NCBI RefSeq assembly: GCF_963921235.1
Contig: NC_086117.1
Coordinates: forward strand, 26,660,001-26,724,000
Origin: Mobula hypostoma
Taxonomy: Eukaryota
Reading direction: 5' to 3'
Length of the DNA: 64,000 nt
Each line of letters opens with the position of its first letter. The first letter of the stretch is position 1. Shown one piece after another: positions 54,001 to 64,000 of the stretch. The notes under the pieces were generated by a model, which saw only the letters and a list, made by a program, of their open reading frames with translations, was not told the DNA's origin and ran no database searches. Both the position numbers and the translations under genes were made by a program.

Positions 54001-57000
54001 CCCAGGGTTAGTGCCCTAGGCCCAGTTAACTCCACCTGCTCTGTCAATGACTTTTCTTTCATCATTTAGTCAGAATGGGCCCATCTGCAGATGAACACAA
54101 AACATTCAACTTCATTTACAACTCAGCAAGAACTAGACAACATTCAGGCATGGGCTGGAAGTGCAAGTAACAATTTCACCACAAAAATGCCAGGCAAACA
54201 CCATCAAAAGAGAGTCCAGTTGTTGAGTCCCCACTATCAATATCATTGGAGGTCATTATGAACACTAAACTTAATTGAACTAGCCATGTTAGTACTGCGA
54301 GTATATAAACAGGTCAAAGGCTGGAACCCTGCAATTAGAGACTCACCTGACACCCTTTTCACCATATACAAGACAAATATCAAGAGAGAAACAGAACAGC
54401 GGCACAAGAAATTGGAGGCGAGCCACAGGAAAGTAGCCTGTATGACTGGTTTCCCCTTCTACAAAATGTACTGCAGTTATTCACATGGTCCACTCTGTAA
54501 GCACCTTTCAAACCAACAACCTCTATCACCAAGAAGGAGAAGGTTCCTGGGAACATCGCCACGAGCAGTAAGTCCCCCTTGAAATCACACAGCACCCTGA
54601 CTTAGAAACACATTGCTGTTCATTCATTCTTAATTGGTTTGAATCTTCAAGCTCAATACCCAGCAGTACCATTTGAATACTTTCACTGGTAGGTCTGAAG
54701 TGATCAAGGTAGTGATTTCCCACCACTTTCTCGTGAACCAAGGGGATGAGCACATCTTATAAAATAAATAAAAGTCTGATTGAAGATTTAGAAATACAAG
54801 GTCATACCTTCAACTCAATACCTGACTTACTCAGGTCTATTAAAAATAATGACCTGCTTGCAAGGTACAACCCCTGAGCAATGTCTTCTAATAGGCCTTT
54901 CCAATAATACACTGTAGGACCCAGCCCATGATCTGGGTTTTTTCTTCCAATATTACAACAGATGCTGAGAAACTTACAGGTAAAATGAGAAGAAATGAAC
55001 AGGAAGGATGTTCCAAAAAAAGTGAATGAGATCCCCACAGCTCCTTTCGTCTTGACCTGGGAGATTATCCGAGTCGTCACAGCTGCCTGTTCCACCTCTG
55101 AGGGAGGGACAAATAGGCACAATGAAAAACTACAAAGTGAATGACCTGACAGTTTTTGACCATGCACAGAACCATATCCACTCTTCAATATTGGATTGCA
55201 CAGTGGAGTCAGTGACAAGTCTACACAACTCACAGCCGGTCACCCAAGAATCTACATTGTATGTAACCTGAACTCTACCTCTCAGAAATCTCCAATGAGC
55301 TCTAAGCTGTGTGAAAAGTGTGTAAAATATGGGCAATCAAACTTTTGGGTCAGGAAGTCTGTTTTTAGATCAAAATGAAAATATGCAACAATATTTGCTG
55401 GAGTTTCTGAAATCCCAACCCATTCATGCATAAATGCACACGTGCAGTAGTGTCAAACTATACAATGTTTGTGTGGCATCATACACAATATTCTATTGCA
55501 CACACAGTACAAGGCCTATAACATTACTGAAGCAAATCTCAGAGAGAGGGTAAAAACCTGCTTCAGCTTATTCAGATGCGGAATAGAATCCAGAGTTCCA
55601 TTAGAACCCCCAACCCACTACCAGAAGAGGCTTCAATTGTTGGTCTCAGGTTGTGCAGGAAGATCACAGTGCCATCTAAACTGGAGGTAATCTAGTCTAC
55701 AGAAAGTCATCCAGTCTAGTCAAGAGAAACTTCATGGGTCACTTTTCTCCTTCCCATTATTATTGATCATCTACAACGAACTCTACCCACAAACCTTTTT
55801 GCCAATGTCCTATGATGTCCCTTCTGTCTGAACTACCACCATTTATTACTGCCTATTCCACCAATCCTCTCACCTCTGGCAAAATCCTCTCCCCAACCAA
55901 ACCTCCATCTCTTACCCTGCACAACTGACCCTTTCCCTGACCTGCACCATGCCAACCCAATTCTCCTCCTCTGCAGTCTGCACACTGGCCAAACAAAATG
56001 ACATAGACTTAATGCTTCGGGTCAAAGCTCCTTCAGCTGATTTTGTTTCAGCATGATCTGCAGAGTATTTTCAGCTTTTTCACATTAATTCAATTTGCTA
56101 GTATCCATGGTTTTTGCTTTAAAATGTTGTTTGGTACTGAGCAGGGAATGGCACTCAAATTCTCAGCACTCACCTGAACAGAACCAGATGAGGTCTCTCC
56201 TGATAAACATGGAAAGCTGCAACATTCCATGTACTGCTGAATATAGCAATACAAAGTAAGGCCCCAGAACCTCCTGCAGGCGAATATCCCACTCTCTCCT
56301 TTGCAAAGGAAAAAAAATGAAATTATATAATTCAAGGCATGAACCTGGAAAGTGGCTGTTAAGACATAGAGAAATGCAGAAACCTAGCAATGAACACCAT
56401 TTCTGGCTAAATTGGGTATCCATTCCCGAGGCCTTTTCAGATGCAGAATGGAATCCAGAAACCCCAAGCCCACTTATCAGGAGATGCTTCAGTTGTTGGT
56501 CTCAGTGAGTGTACAGGGAGATCACAGTTAGCTCCAGCGCCATCTAAGCTGGAGTTAGTCCGGTCTATAGAAAGGCAGCACCTTGGATTAATGCTTTAAC
56601 AGATATGGGGGATTGCTGGCTAGTGGTGTAGTAGCGTCCACACTGGACTTTGAAGCAAGTGGTCCCAGGTTCAAACAGGGTCTTTGCATGCTTTCCATCT
56701 ATGCTGGGTTAACGGGCAACCTAGCAACTCAGCCTTGTAAAAAAACAGGCAAATGCTTAAGAACTGGGAAGGTTGCCCCCCAGTGCGCCACAAGGAGAGG
56801 ATTTAAAAAGAAACAGATATGGGGGATAGATGATGAGAGACTTTTTTGGGGGAAAGTGTGGGAGTCTGTGGAGGCAAGTGGAGGACGAAAGAGGAATTGA
56901 TTAATTTGCAAGATACTGAAAAAGGCTCAAGATGCTTTGTTGCTATTACTTGTCTGGGATTCCTTCCTGAGTACCGATGACATACATGTCATGGATGTAG

Positions 57001-59313
57001 TGACAGTCATAGGGCAACAGCAGATCGTCCAGCGTGTCCGGGAGCTCCTGGGAAAGAGTGAAAACAACACTAGTTAAACCAGGTTTGCTTCCACTGTCGC
57101 AGAAATAAGAAGAAGCCTTCAACAATACGATACAATATAATGTTTTTCATAGGATATCCAGAGTTCTTTACAAGGAGTTCAATCTTTTACTTTTCTTTTT
57201 AACTGCTCAGATGCATATGCTTCCCAACAGGAACGTGGAGGTGGCCAAAGAAGTTGATATGGGTGCCACTTTATTGCATATCTTTAGTTATTTTACTTAT
57301 CTCTGCTTCCGTAATGTCACAGGCAGCTTTACTCAATACCAGGAATATCTAGGCCCCTACCGCTTGGCAGCTGAGTGATTTGCTCAGGTGACAGGGAGAT
57401 CTCATTGGGTTTCCCAAACAGCCACAAAAAAGTGGCCAGGTGAACAATTATGCTAACTGGGCTTAATGTTGTTCTATACTCAGGTTGGAAGTTCCTCATT
57501 CTGGAGGCTTTGTCTTTGCTCTCTTTCCTGTGATTCAGTTGCTCACCTTCTGGCCTTGCATGTTCCATGTGGCAACAAATACTCGTATCCTTCTATCAGG
57601 AAAATAGCGATCCAATTCAGCAGCCCCCAAAAGTCCTCCATTGGTCAGGAGACTACCGTCCAGGTAACTTCTGTAGAGAGAGGGGGGGGAGAGGGGCATA
57701 TATTAATGTGCAGATGTGGTAAAGTAGGCACTATAAATTCTCAACATTATTTGACTTTTTCAGCTTCTAGTTGTCTTTCCTGCACACCATTTGCCCTCTC
57801 ATCATCACTGTAATCATCCACACTTTGATCTGTTTTCAGGATCCTAGAACAATGCAATGTCTCACCACAGCCAAGTCCTTTTCTTCTACAAAGCCCATTG
57901 CCTAACCACAAACCCATCTCTTCCCCAGCTCCTTTTAAGCTGTGTGTCCTCCTCGACTATGGGCATCTTTGCTTTCTTAATTGGAACACAAGTAGGAAAA
58001 GGATCACGGAATAGATTATCATCCTAGATAATGATAAGTTCTGTGTCTGGATCAAAAGAACCCCCTTGGTTTGTGCCAATGTGAACCTACTCCTGGAAAA
58101 CTATGTATTATTTTGATCAAGACAGAAGTGCAGGGTTTCTCTGGTTTAGATGAGGAGAGTTGGGTAGTGGGGGTTGAGTTGGTGGTTACTGCCCCAGCGA
58201 ATGGAAGTGCTGTGGTGAGGTGGCGATGGAGTCCTTCAGAACAATGATGGAAAGGACCCAGTCTCAAAGGGCAGGGCAGCAGTAAAATGACAAGCGACAA
58301 GAAAAATGAAAGATCAGAAGTGAAATGCAAAAGTAAACCAAGAAATACTAATACCAATTTGATGTTGCTCCTTTCTGCGCCTTGTGGCACATCGGGTGGC
58401 AGCCTTGCAGTTTCTTTAGCATTTTGATCTGTTTTTTCACAAGGCCGAATTGCTAGCTTGACACTCAACCTAGCACGGATGGAAAGCATGCAAGAAGCTG
58501 GCCAGACTTGAGCTCGGGACCACTCACCTCAAAGTCCGGTGTGGATGCCACCGACCGACCAGCTTAATACTAATTTATAGACAGCAAATTCACACAATGA
58601 ACATATGCTGTGTTTTGTTGGGGAATAAACACTGAATACAACATTGGGGAGCACTTCCGTCATCCTGAAAGCTAATTGTTCAAAATCTTTGATGTCTATC
58701 TCACAGAGTAGACCAGGTGCCATTTTAACAATTTATTTAAACACAGGGTCCTCTCAGCAGGGGTGTATAATCCTAGGGTTTGTTCACAAGTCACCACAGG
58801 TGATTTGAGCCTCTGAGGTGGGAATGCAACCAGTTAAGACAAAACTGAAACATCAAATCCTACACACTGTTCCCAGATAAGAGGATTTAACCCAAGTAAT
58901 TCTCAAACTTTTACACCCCAGTGTAGGAGATACATTACCTGTTCCGAACATCATCTAAATGGATAGGAAACAGAAGACTGCTCGAAGAAGACATGGAGAA
59001 AAAGGACTGACTGTCCTCGGTTCCTTGGGAAGGGGAATAAAAATGGTTGTGCTGGTTTGACAGCTCCTTCCCAGTCAGATGAATGTAATCTGCATAATCC
59101 AGGTCAATCCTATTACTGGTTCTTAGTGCTGGAGAATCTATATTAACAGTAATGGGAGGGAGAGGCTTGGTGTGCACCACTGGAGATAGTGTCCCTCTGG
59201 CTGACAAAACCGTCTTATCACAGAAAGGTTGTTTGGGCTCGGGATCCAAGTGGTTGGGGCTGTTCCTGTTCTTTGTCAAGCTGCTGGTCGACTGCCTGAC
59301 ATCACAGTCTTGC

Positions 59314-59350
<37 letters not shown>

Positions 59351-59753
59351 TAGACAGCAGCTTCTGGTAAGCCACTGTAGAGTTCTGCTGGGGAAGTGGC
59401 ACGGGAGAGCATGAGAAATCCCCATAGAGAGATTTGCATGAGGAGTCAGTGTCGATTGGTTCAGATGAGCTCCCCTCACTGCCTCTGATTTTTGTCTCCC
59501 CCATGATCCGCATGCTTTCCAGTGAGTGCAGACGTTGTAACCTACTCCGCCGAGGAGGCTTCGGTTTCACCGGGGGTCTTGGGATGAAAGGCATCTCCTC
59601 TGCTCGAAACCCATGCCCCAGCTCTTCAGGGGGATGCTTCAGAGTGTCATTATGGAATGGTGTGGACTCTTTGTCGTCCGGCCATATCCTGGTGTTCTCA
59701 TTGGTGATCAGGTGTGCTGTATCGTGCACTGGTAGTTCAGCCTGATCACCCAT
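47935..59753 (-). CDS. INPP5E: phosphatidylinositol polyphosphate 5-phosphatase type IV, 10 coding exons, 644 aa
   Basis: Exons 58939-59753, 57547-57670, 56950-57047, 56174-56298, 54978-55097, 52019-52126, 51192-51353, 50733-50848, 48362-48498, 47935-48064 give a 1935-nt open frame. 5-phosphatase motifs [30 protein letters not shown]; C-terminal CaaX CSVT. Confidence 0.96.
48362..48498 (-). CDS. INPP5E: INPP5E exon 9
   Basis: ttacag|[45 protein letters not shown](N)|gtaaga. Confidence 0.95.
48576..48770 (-). mobile_element. V-domain SINE fragment
   Basis: ggtttcctcccacattccaaagatg on -, tail gtgacaaataaagctaatctt. Confidence 0.6.
49006..50578. mobile_element. Tigger/pogo-like DNA transposon relic with TA TSD and nested insertions
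   Basis: TA-cagtgaattccagttaatt ... aattaactgaaatccactg-TA; V-SINE at 50268-50527 inside. Confidence 0.7.
50268..50527 (+). mobile_element. V-SINE
   Basis: ggtggcatagcagttagcac head; ccggtttcctcccacag; ends ctctaaataaataaat. Confidence 0.75.
50733..50848 (-). CDS. INPP5E: INPP5E exon 8
   Basis: ccacag|[38 protein letters not shown]|gtaaag. Confidence 0.95.
51192..51353 (-). CDS. INPP5E: INPP5E exon 7
   Basis: ttccag|[19 protein letters not shown]...DELTKKLQE|gtagga. Confidence 0.95.
52019..52126 (-). CDS. INPP5E: INPP5E exon 6
   Basis: ttacag|[36 protein letters not shown]|gtgagt. Confidence 0.95.
52955..53980 (+). mobile_element. Rex1/Babar-type LINE inside an older decayed LINE (~52400-54760)
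   Basis: [52 protein letters not shown]. Confidence 0.82.
54978..55097 (-). CDS. INPP5E: INPP5E exon 5
   Basis: cctcag|[40 protein letters not shown]|gtaagt. Confidence 0.95.
55567..56574. repeat. two diverged ~140-bp direct repeats (55567-55706 and 56433-56574) flanking INPP5E exon 4
   Basis: Shared blocks ttcagatgc.gaat.gaatccaga, gcttca.ttgttggtctcag, agatcacagt, gccatctaa.ctggag, gtcta.agaaag. Confidence 0.75.
56174..56298 (-). CDS. INPP5E: INPP5E exon 4
   Basis: gcaaag|[41 protein letters not shown]|gtgagt. Confidence 0.95.
56615..56812 (+). mobile_element. tRNA-head SINE with RTE-like tail
   Basis: gtggtgtagtagcgtccacactggactttg head, ggttcaaac B box, gtgcgccacaagg tail. Confidence 0.6.
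56950..57047 (-). CDS. INPP5E: INPP5E exon 3
   Basis: tcccag|[32 protein letters not shown](K)|gtaata. Confidence 0.94.
57547..57670 (-). CDS. INPP5E: INPP5E exon 2
   Basis: ctacag|[41 protein letters not shown]|gtgagc. Confidence 0.95.
58362..58563 (-). mobile_element. tRNA-head SINE with RTE-like tail
   Basis: Same family as 56615 and 33812, reverse orientation. Confidence 0.6.
58939..59753 (-). CDS. INPP5E: INPP5E coding exon 1 (Pro/Ser-rich N-terminus)
   Basis: MGDQAELP...[22 protein letters not shown]...[12 protein letters not shown](R)|gtaatg. Confidence 0.88.
59316..59348 (-). repeat. coding (AGC)11 microsatellite encoding poly-Ser
   Basis: (GCT)11 on +, in frame in INPP5E exon 1. 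Confidence 0.95.
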
Positions 59754-60518
59754 TCTCACTTAACACTTGGACTGTGCAACAAGCAAGATGTATGCATCTG
59801 GGAACTAATGACTTCCCCAGGTTGGGAATACACCCAAAGGTGCCTTGTTCCCAGAATCAATCGTCCACCTAGGTTGCTGCATCCTGTAATTCATGTGGAG
59901 GAAGGAGGAGGAAGCAGCACTACACGCAGGCATAATGGAGTCCGGACTGATCTCTCAAAGCTCCAGGAACGCTGCACGACAGCACCTAAAGTTAAGCAAA
60001 CAGAGCCGTCAATGGTGACATTTAGAATGCATGGAATGACATTTATGTGATGCCATAAAGAAAACACCTTCTAGCTCAGAAGCAAGATAGGACTGAACCA
60101 CAGCTTCCAGTTTGGTGACTAAATGATTTCCAGGACATTTATCAGGGAGGGGAGAGGAGATGTTATTTATGCTCATTATTTATTTATTGCTATTTATTTA
60201 TTATCTGCATTTGCACAGTTTGTTTATAGTTCCTGTTCTATATATTTGTGAAGTATGCCTGCAGAAGAAGAATCTCAGAGGTGTATATGGTGACATGGAT
60301 GTACTCTGATAATAAATTTTATTTTGAACTTTGATACGTTCTTGTGAAATGATAAATCAAAGATCAGGATTAAATTAACAATGCATATTTCCTTGAGAGA
60401 AATTTGGAAAATTGATAAAAATCAGGAACTGGCATTAGCAAAAATGGACAAAGGATCCAGTGAGCAGATTCAATTAAATCTCTAAAGCTATGTCTTGCGG
60501 GCTTGGTAGATGAAGTTC

Positions 60519-61674
60519 TTTTTTTGTTTTAATTTTATTTTTATTTGGATAAGGAATTCACAATTATCATGTACTTTTTTCACACATATAACCTTTTCCA
60601 TTTTTTTATATGTATAAAACTACAATTATTTATACATTCTTAAGTACACATTGAGATGATATAAAAGGAAAATAAACATTTAAATAGATAATTATGTACT
60701 GTGGTAAATCTAACCTATTAGGCTAAGTAATGAAATAAGTTGTTAAGAAAAATGGTAATAATAGTTTCCATACAACCCTTCTGGACCATTTCCACTGGTC
60801 CAAAATGTTGCATACAAGCCTATATACCAACCATTGTAGGTGTTTATATCCCAATTTGTTCGTGCTTGTTCCTGCCCGCAGACATAATTATCCAATCCCT
60901 ATGTACTTATTTACTTAATTTTTTCTTTTTTTTTATCCCTTTCCCAAATCTTTCCCTTTACTTGTGTTAATTCTCTATTTTCCAAAAAAAAAACAAACAT
61001 TTAGACTAGGGGTGCTTATGTTAGCAATATTACTGTGTTGATGAGAAGAGCAATATAAATCATTAGGAGAGTCATCTAAAGTCTGCTCGCATTGGGGTTA
61101 TATATTCAATCCATTTATTCCAGATTTGATAAAATGTTTCTTTTTGAGTTCTCAGGGAGTAAGTCAACTTTTCCATTTTAAATATTTCCAAGATAATTTC
61201 GTACCAATCTTCTAATGTAGGTGGTATTGGATTTAGCCATTTTCTAGTGATTGATTTCTTACTTGCCGCTAAGAGGGCCTGCAGCAACTTTATATCTTCC
61301 TTCTGTTCAAGGAACAATACATGCCCCAAATAGAGCGTCTCAAAGTTCAGAGGTATCTGGGACCTAAGTACCTTAACTAATGTTCTATGAATACCTTCCC
61401 AAAATAGACTTAATTTAGGGCAATCCCAGAAAATATGAAAATGATTTGCCTCCTTGGAGCCGCACCTTCTCCAACACATCACATTTGTATCTTTATATTT
61501 TTCCTGATATAGGGTCTTGAAGTATCTTATAATGTTTTTCCAACAATATTCTCTCCAAGTCAAAGAATTAGTCAAGGACCATTGAAAGCTGCAGATTTTC
61601 CCCCAAGCCTCCTCTGAAAGTACCAACCCCGCTTCTTTCTCCCACTTCTCTTTAATATACAGTGTATTTACATT
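60519..61674 (-). mobile_element. 5'-truncated L1 (ORF2 C-terminus and 3' UTR) with 16-bp TSD
   Basis: CWRRCG..ANHFHIFWDCPKL; TSD ttggtagatgaagttc at 60503-60518 and 61675-61690. Confidence 0.88.
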
Positions 61675-61767
61675 TTGGTAGATGAAGTTCAGTGAAATGG
61701 CAGCTAGGGTTGCTGGAAGCTTCATGTTGCCATCCGCTGGGAGACAACAGTGTAGGTCAGGAAACAC

Positions 61768-61885
61768 ACAAGGGTTCCGGCCCGAAATGTTGACTGTACC
61801 TCTTCCGAGAGATGCTGCCTGGTCTGCTGCGTTCACCAGCAACTTTGATGTGTGTTGCTTGAATTTCCAGCATCTGCAGAATTCC
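61768..61885 (+). mobile_element. Penelope terminal-repeat fragment (hammerhead 5' half missing)
   Basis: aagggttccggcccGAAAtgttgactg...gaatttccagcatctgcagaattcc; near-identical to 29409-29523. Confidence 0.7.
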
Positions 61886-62271
61886 TAGTGTAGCTCAGGG
61901 CTGCTTCCCACCCCACACCACATCTGCTTGTCCTCCCCACCCCCATCATATCCCAATAAATGATTTCACTTGGCAGGCTTATCCTCTTGTTGAATAGTGA
62001 TACCACTTCCAGTTTCCAGACTCACCTTTTTGTCATCTGTCCAGCATCACTCTAAGAGAAATGAAGGATATCACGGGGAGACACCCCTTCAGATGAGTTG
62101 TTATGTATGGTCATGAAAGTCACCAGAGTGCTGTGTTTCAGGATCTGTTGAGAAAAAGAAAAGACTAGAAAGGATGCAGAGGAAATTCATAAGGGTTGAG
62201 GGACTGTAGTCATGTGGAAACATTAAACTAACCTGGAATTCAAGATCATTAAGGGTTTTGACAGGGTAGGA

Positions 62272-62449
62272 GGGAGGGAACGTCGACTCAGACCATGAGA
62301 GGCCTGCGTCGGGCATTTTCATGCCTTACAAGGCGCAGATTGGGAGCCTGTGTGGGGCGCCTCTCCTCACACAGACACTAGAGCAATGTGTGGTTAAGTG
62401 CCTTGCTCAATGACACAAACATGCTGCTACAGCTGAGGCTTGAACTAGC
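62272..62449 (-). mobile_element. SINE-like insertion in a CR1 remnant
   Basis: gacagggta repeated at 62260 and 62450; CORE-like ttgagcaaggcacttaacc on -. Confidence 0.5.
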
Positions 62450-62519
62450 GACAGGGTAAGGAGAAAAAATATTCACTGAGAGTAGAGTTTTAAATCAGAA
62501 AGGAGATGAGAAAACTTGT

Positions 62520-63125
62520 GTAACACATACAAAATGCTGGAGGAACTCAGCAGGTCAGGCAGCATCTACGGAGGCGAATAAACAGTTGACATTTCAGGCC
62601 TAAACCCTTCATCAGGACTGGAAAGAAAGGGGGAAGAAGCCAGAACAAGGTGGGGGGAGAAGAAGTACATGCTAGAAGGTGATAGGTGAAGCCCGCTGAG
62701 TGACCAAGCGGGATGAAGTAAGAAGCTGGGAAGTGATAGGCGGAAAAGGTAAAGGGCTGAAGAAGGAATCTGATAGGATAGGAGAGGAGAGGAGAGTGGA
62801 CCATTGGGGAAAGGAAAGAGGAGAAGGGTCACCAGGGGGAGCTGACAGGTAAGTGAGGAAAATAGAAGAGGCCAGAGTGGGGAATTGAAGAAGAGGGATG
62901 GGGTGTGGGGGAGGGGGAGAATTACCACAAGATGCCTTCAGGTTGGAGGCTACTCAGACAGAATAGGAGGTGCTACCTGAGAGTGGCCTCGTCGTGGCAG
63001 TAGAGGAGGCCATGAACTGACCAGTTGGAATGGGAATGGGGACTGGAATTAAAATGGTTGGACCTTCACTCCATCTGCAACAAACATGATTTTCAACAAG
63101 TGGTCCCCCAATCTACACTGGCTGT
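62520..63125 (-). mobile_element. Penelope-like element 3' end (GIY-YIG remnant) with hammerhead-bearing terminal repeat
   Basis: Decayed GIY-YIG C-terminal codons (HFN...LQPEGI) at ~62930-63060; cagtc-CTGATGA-agggtttaggcct-GAAA-tgTC-aactg at 62583-62620. Confidence 0.75.
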
Positions 63126-63170
63126 GAAATTCTAGAATCCTCTCTCAAAGGGCTTTTGTAGCTGTGGATT

Positions 63171-64000
63171 AGTCATAGTCATAGTCATTTTTTATTGATC
63201 CCGGGGGAAATTGGTTTTCCTTACAGTTGCACCATAAATAATAAATAGTAATAAACCATAAATAGTAATATGTAAATTATGCCAGGAAATTATGAAATAA
63301 GTCCAGGACCAACCTATTGGCTCAGGGTGTCTGACCCTCCAAGGGAGGAGTTGTAAAGTTTGATGGCCACAGGCAGGAATAGCTTCCTATGACGCTCTGT
63401 GTTGCATCTCGGTGGAATGAGTCTCTGGCTGAACGTACTCCTGTGCCCAGCCAGTACATTATGTAGTGGATGGGAGACATTGACCAAGATGGCATGCAAC
63501 TTGGACAGCATCCTCTTTTCAGACACCACCGTCAGAGAGTCCAGTTCCATCCCCACAACATCACCGGCCTTACGAATGAGTTTGTTGATTCTGTTGGTGT
63601 CTGCTACCCTCAGCCTGCTGCCCCAGCACACAACAGCAAACATGATCGCACTGGCCACCACAGACTCGTAGAACATCCTCAGCATCGTCCGGCAAATGTT
63701 AAAGGACCTCAGTCTCCTCAGGAAATAGAGACGGCTCTGACCCTTCTTGTAGACAGCCTCAGTGTTCTTTGACCAGTCCAGTTGATTGTCAATTCGTATC
63801 CCCAGGTATTTGTAATCCTCCACCATGTCCACACTGACCCCCTGGATGGAAACAGGGGTCACCGGTACCTTAGCTCTCCTCAGGTCTACCACCAGCTCTT
63901 TAGTCTTTTTCACATTAAGCTGCAGATAATTCTGCTCACACCATGTGACAAAGTTTCCTACCGTAGCCCTGTACTCAGCCTCATCTCCCTGGCTGATGCA
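63171..64000 (-). mobile_element. Rex1/Babar-type LINE, relatively young, runs off the window
   Basis: Open 199-aa RT C-terminus KTKELVVDLR...YKYLG...SRLYFLRRLRSF; tail (atgact)3. Confidence 0.85.

Noticed and set aside
55690-55740. Short resemblance to U3 snoRNA 5' motifs on the minus strand
   Set aside because: The two matching words are in the wrong order and the rest of U3 is absent.
56536-56552. CTCF-like GCGCCATCTA motif in the duplicated block
   Set aside because: Spacing to the TGG end does not fit the consensus in either copy.
59152-59479. Poly-Leu and poly-Ala ORFs overlapping INPP5E exon 1
   Set aside because: Alternative-frame readings of the (AGC)11 repeat.
61072-61842. 256-aa ORF as a novel chimeric gene
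   Set aside because: Chance in-frame join of a Penelope repeat, flanking DNA and a truncated L1 ORF2 C-terminus across the TSD; non-ATG start.

Overview
Eukaryotic (vertebrate) genomic DNA; the repeat content suggests a cartilaginous fish, probably a ray (inference). By reading splice sites and exon phases by hand I reconstructed four spliced genes in the same order and orientation as human 9q34.3: the 5' end of SNAPC4 (-), complete ENTR1/SDCCAG3 (-, 8 coding exons, 360 aa), complete PMPCA (+, 14 coding exons, 516 aa) and the complete coding region of INPP5E (-, 10 coding exons, 644 aa). ENTR1 and PMPCA are head-to-head with only 94 bp between their start codons. Introns are filled with transposons: a full-length ~6.0 kb L1 with a 12-bp TSD, two truncated L1s with TSDs, CR1, Rex1/Babar, Penelope-like elements, V-SINEs, an RTE-tailed SINE, Tigger/pogo relics and a hAT derivative. 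Most notable observations: (1) a dispersed family of Penelope terminal repeats carrying a minimal hammerhead-ribozyme motif, one copy inserted alone as a 138-bp unit with a 16-bp TSD; (2) substitutions in two of the four known INPP5E ciliary-targeting signals; (3) an apparent extra PMPCA intron; (4) YY1/ETS motifs clustered in the L1 inter-ORF spacer; (5) an unexplained ~140-bp block duplicated on both sides of INPP5E exon 4. No prokaryotic systems or CRISPR arrays were seen. Comparisons with human genes are from memory, not from searches.
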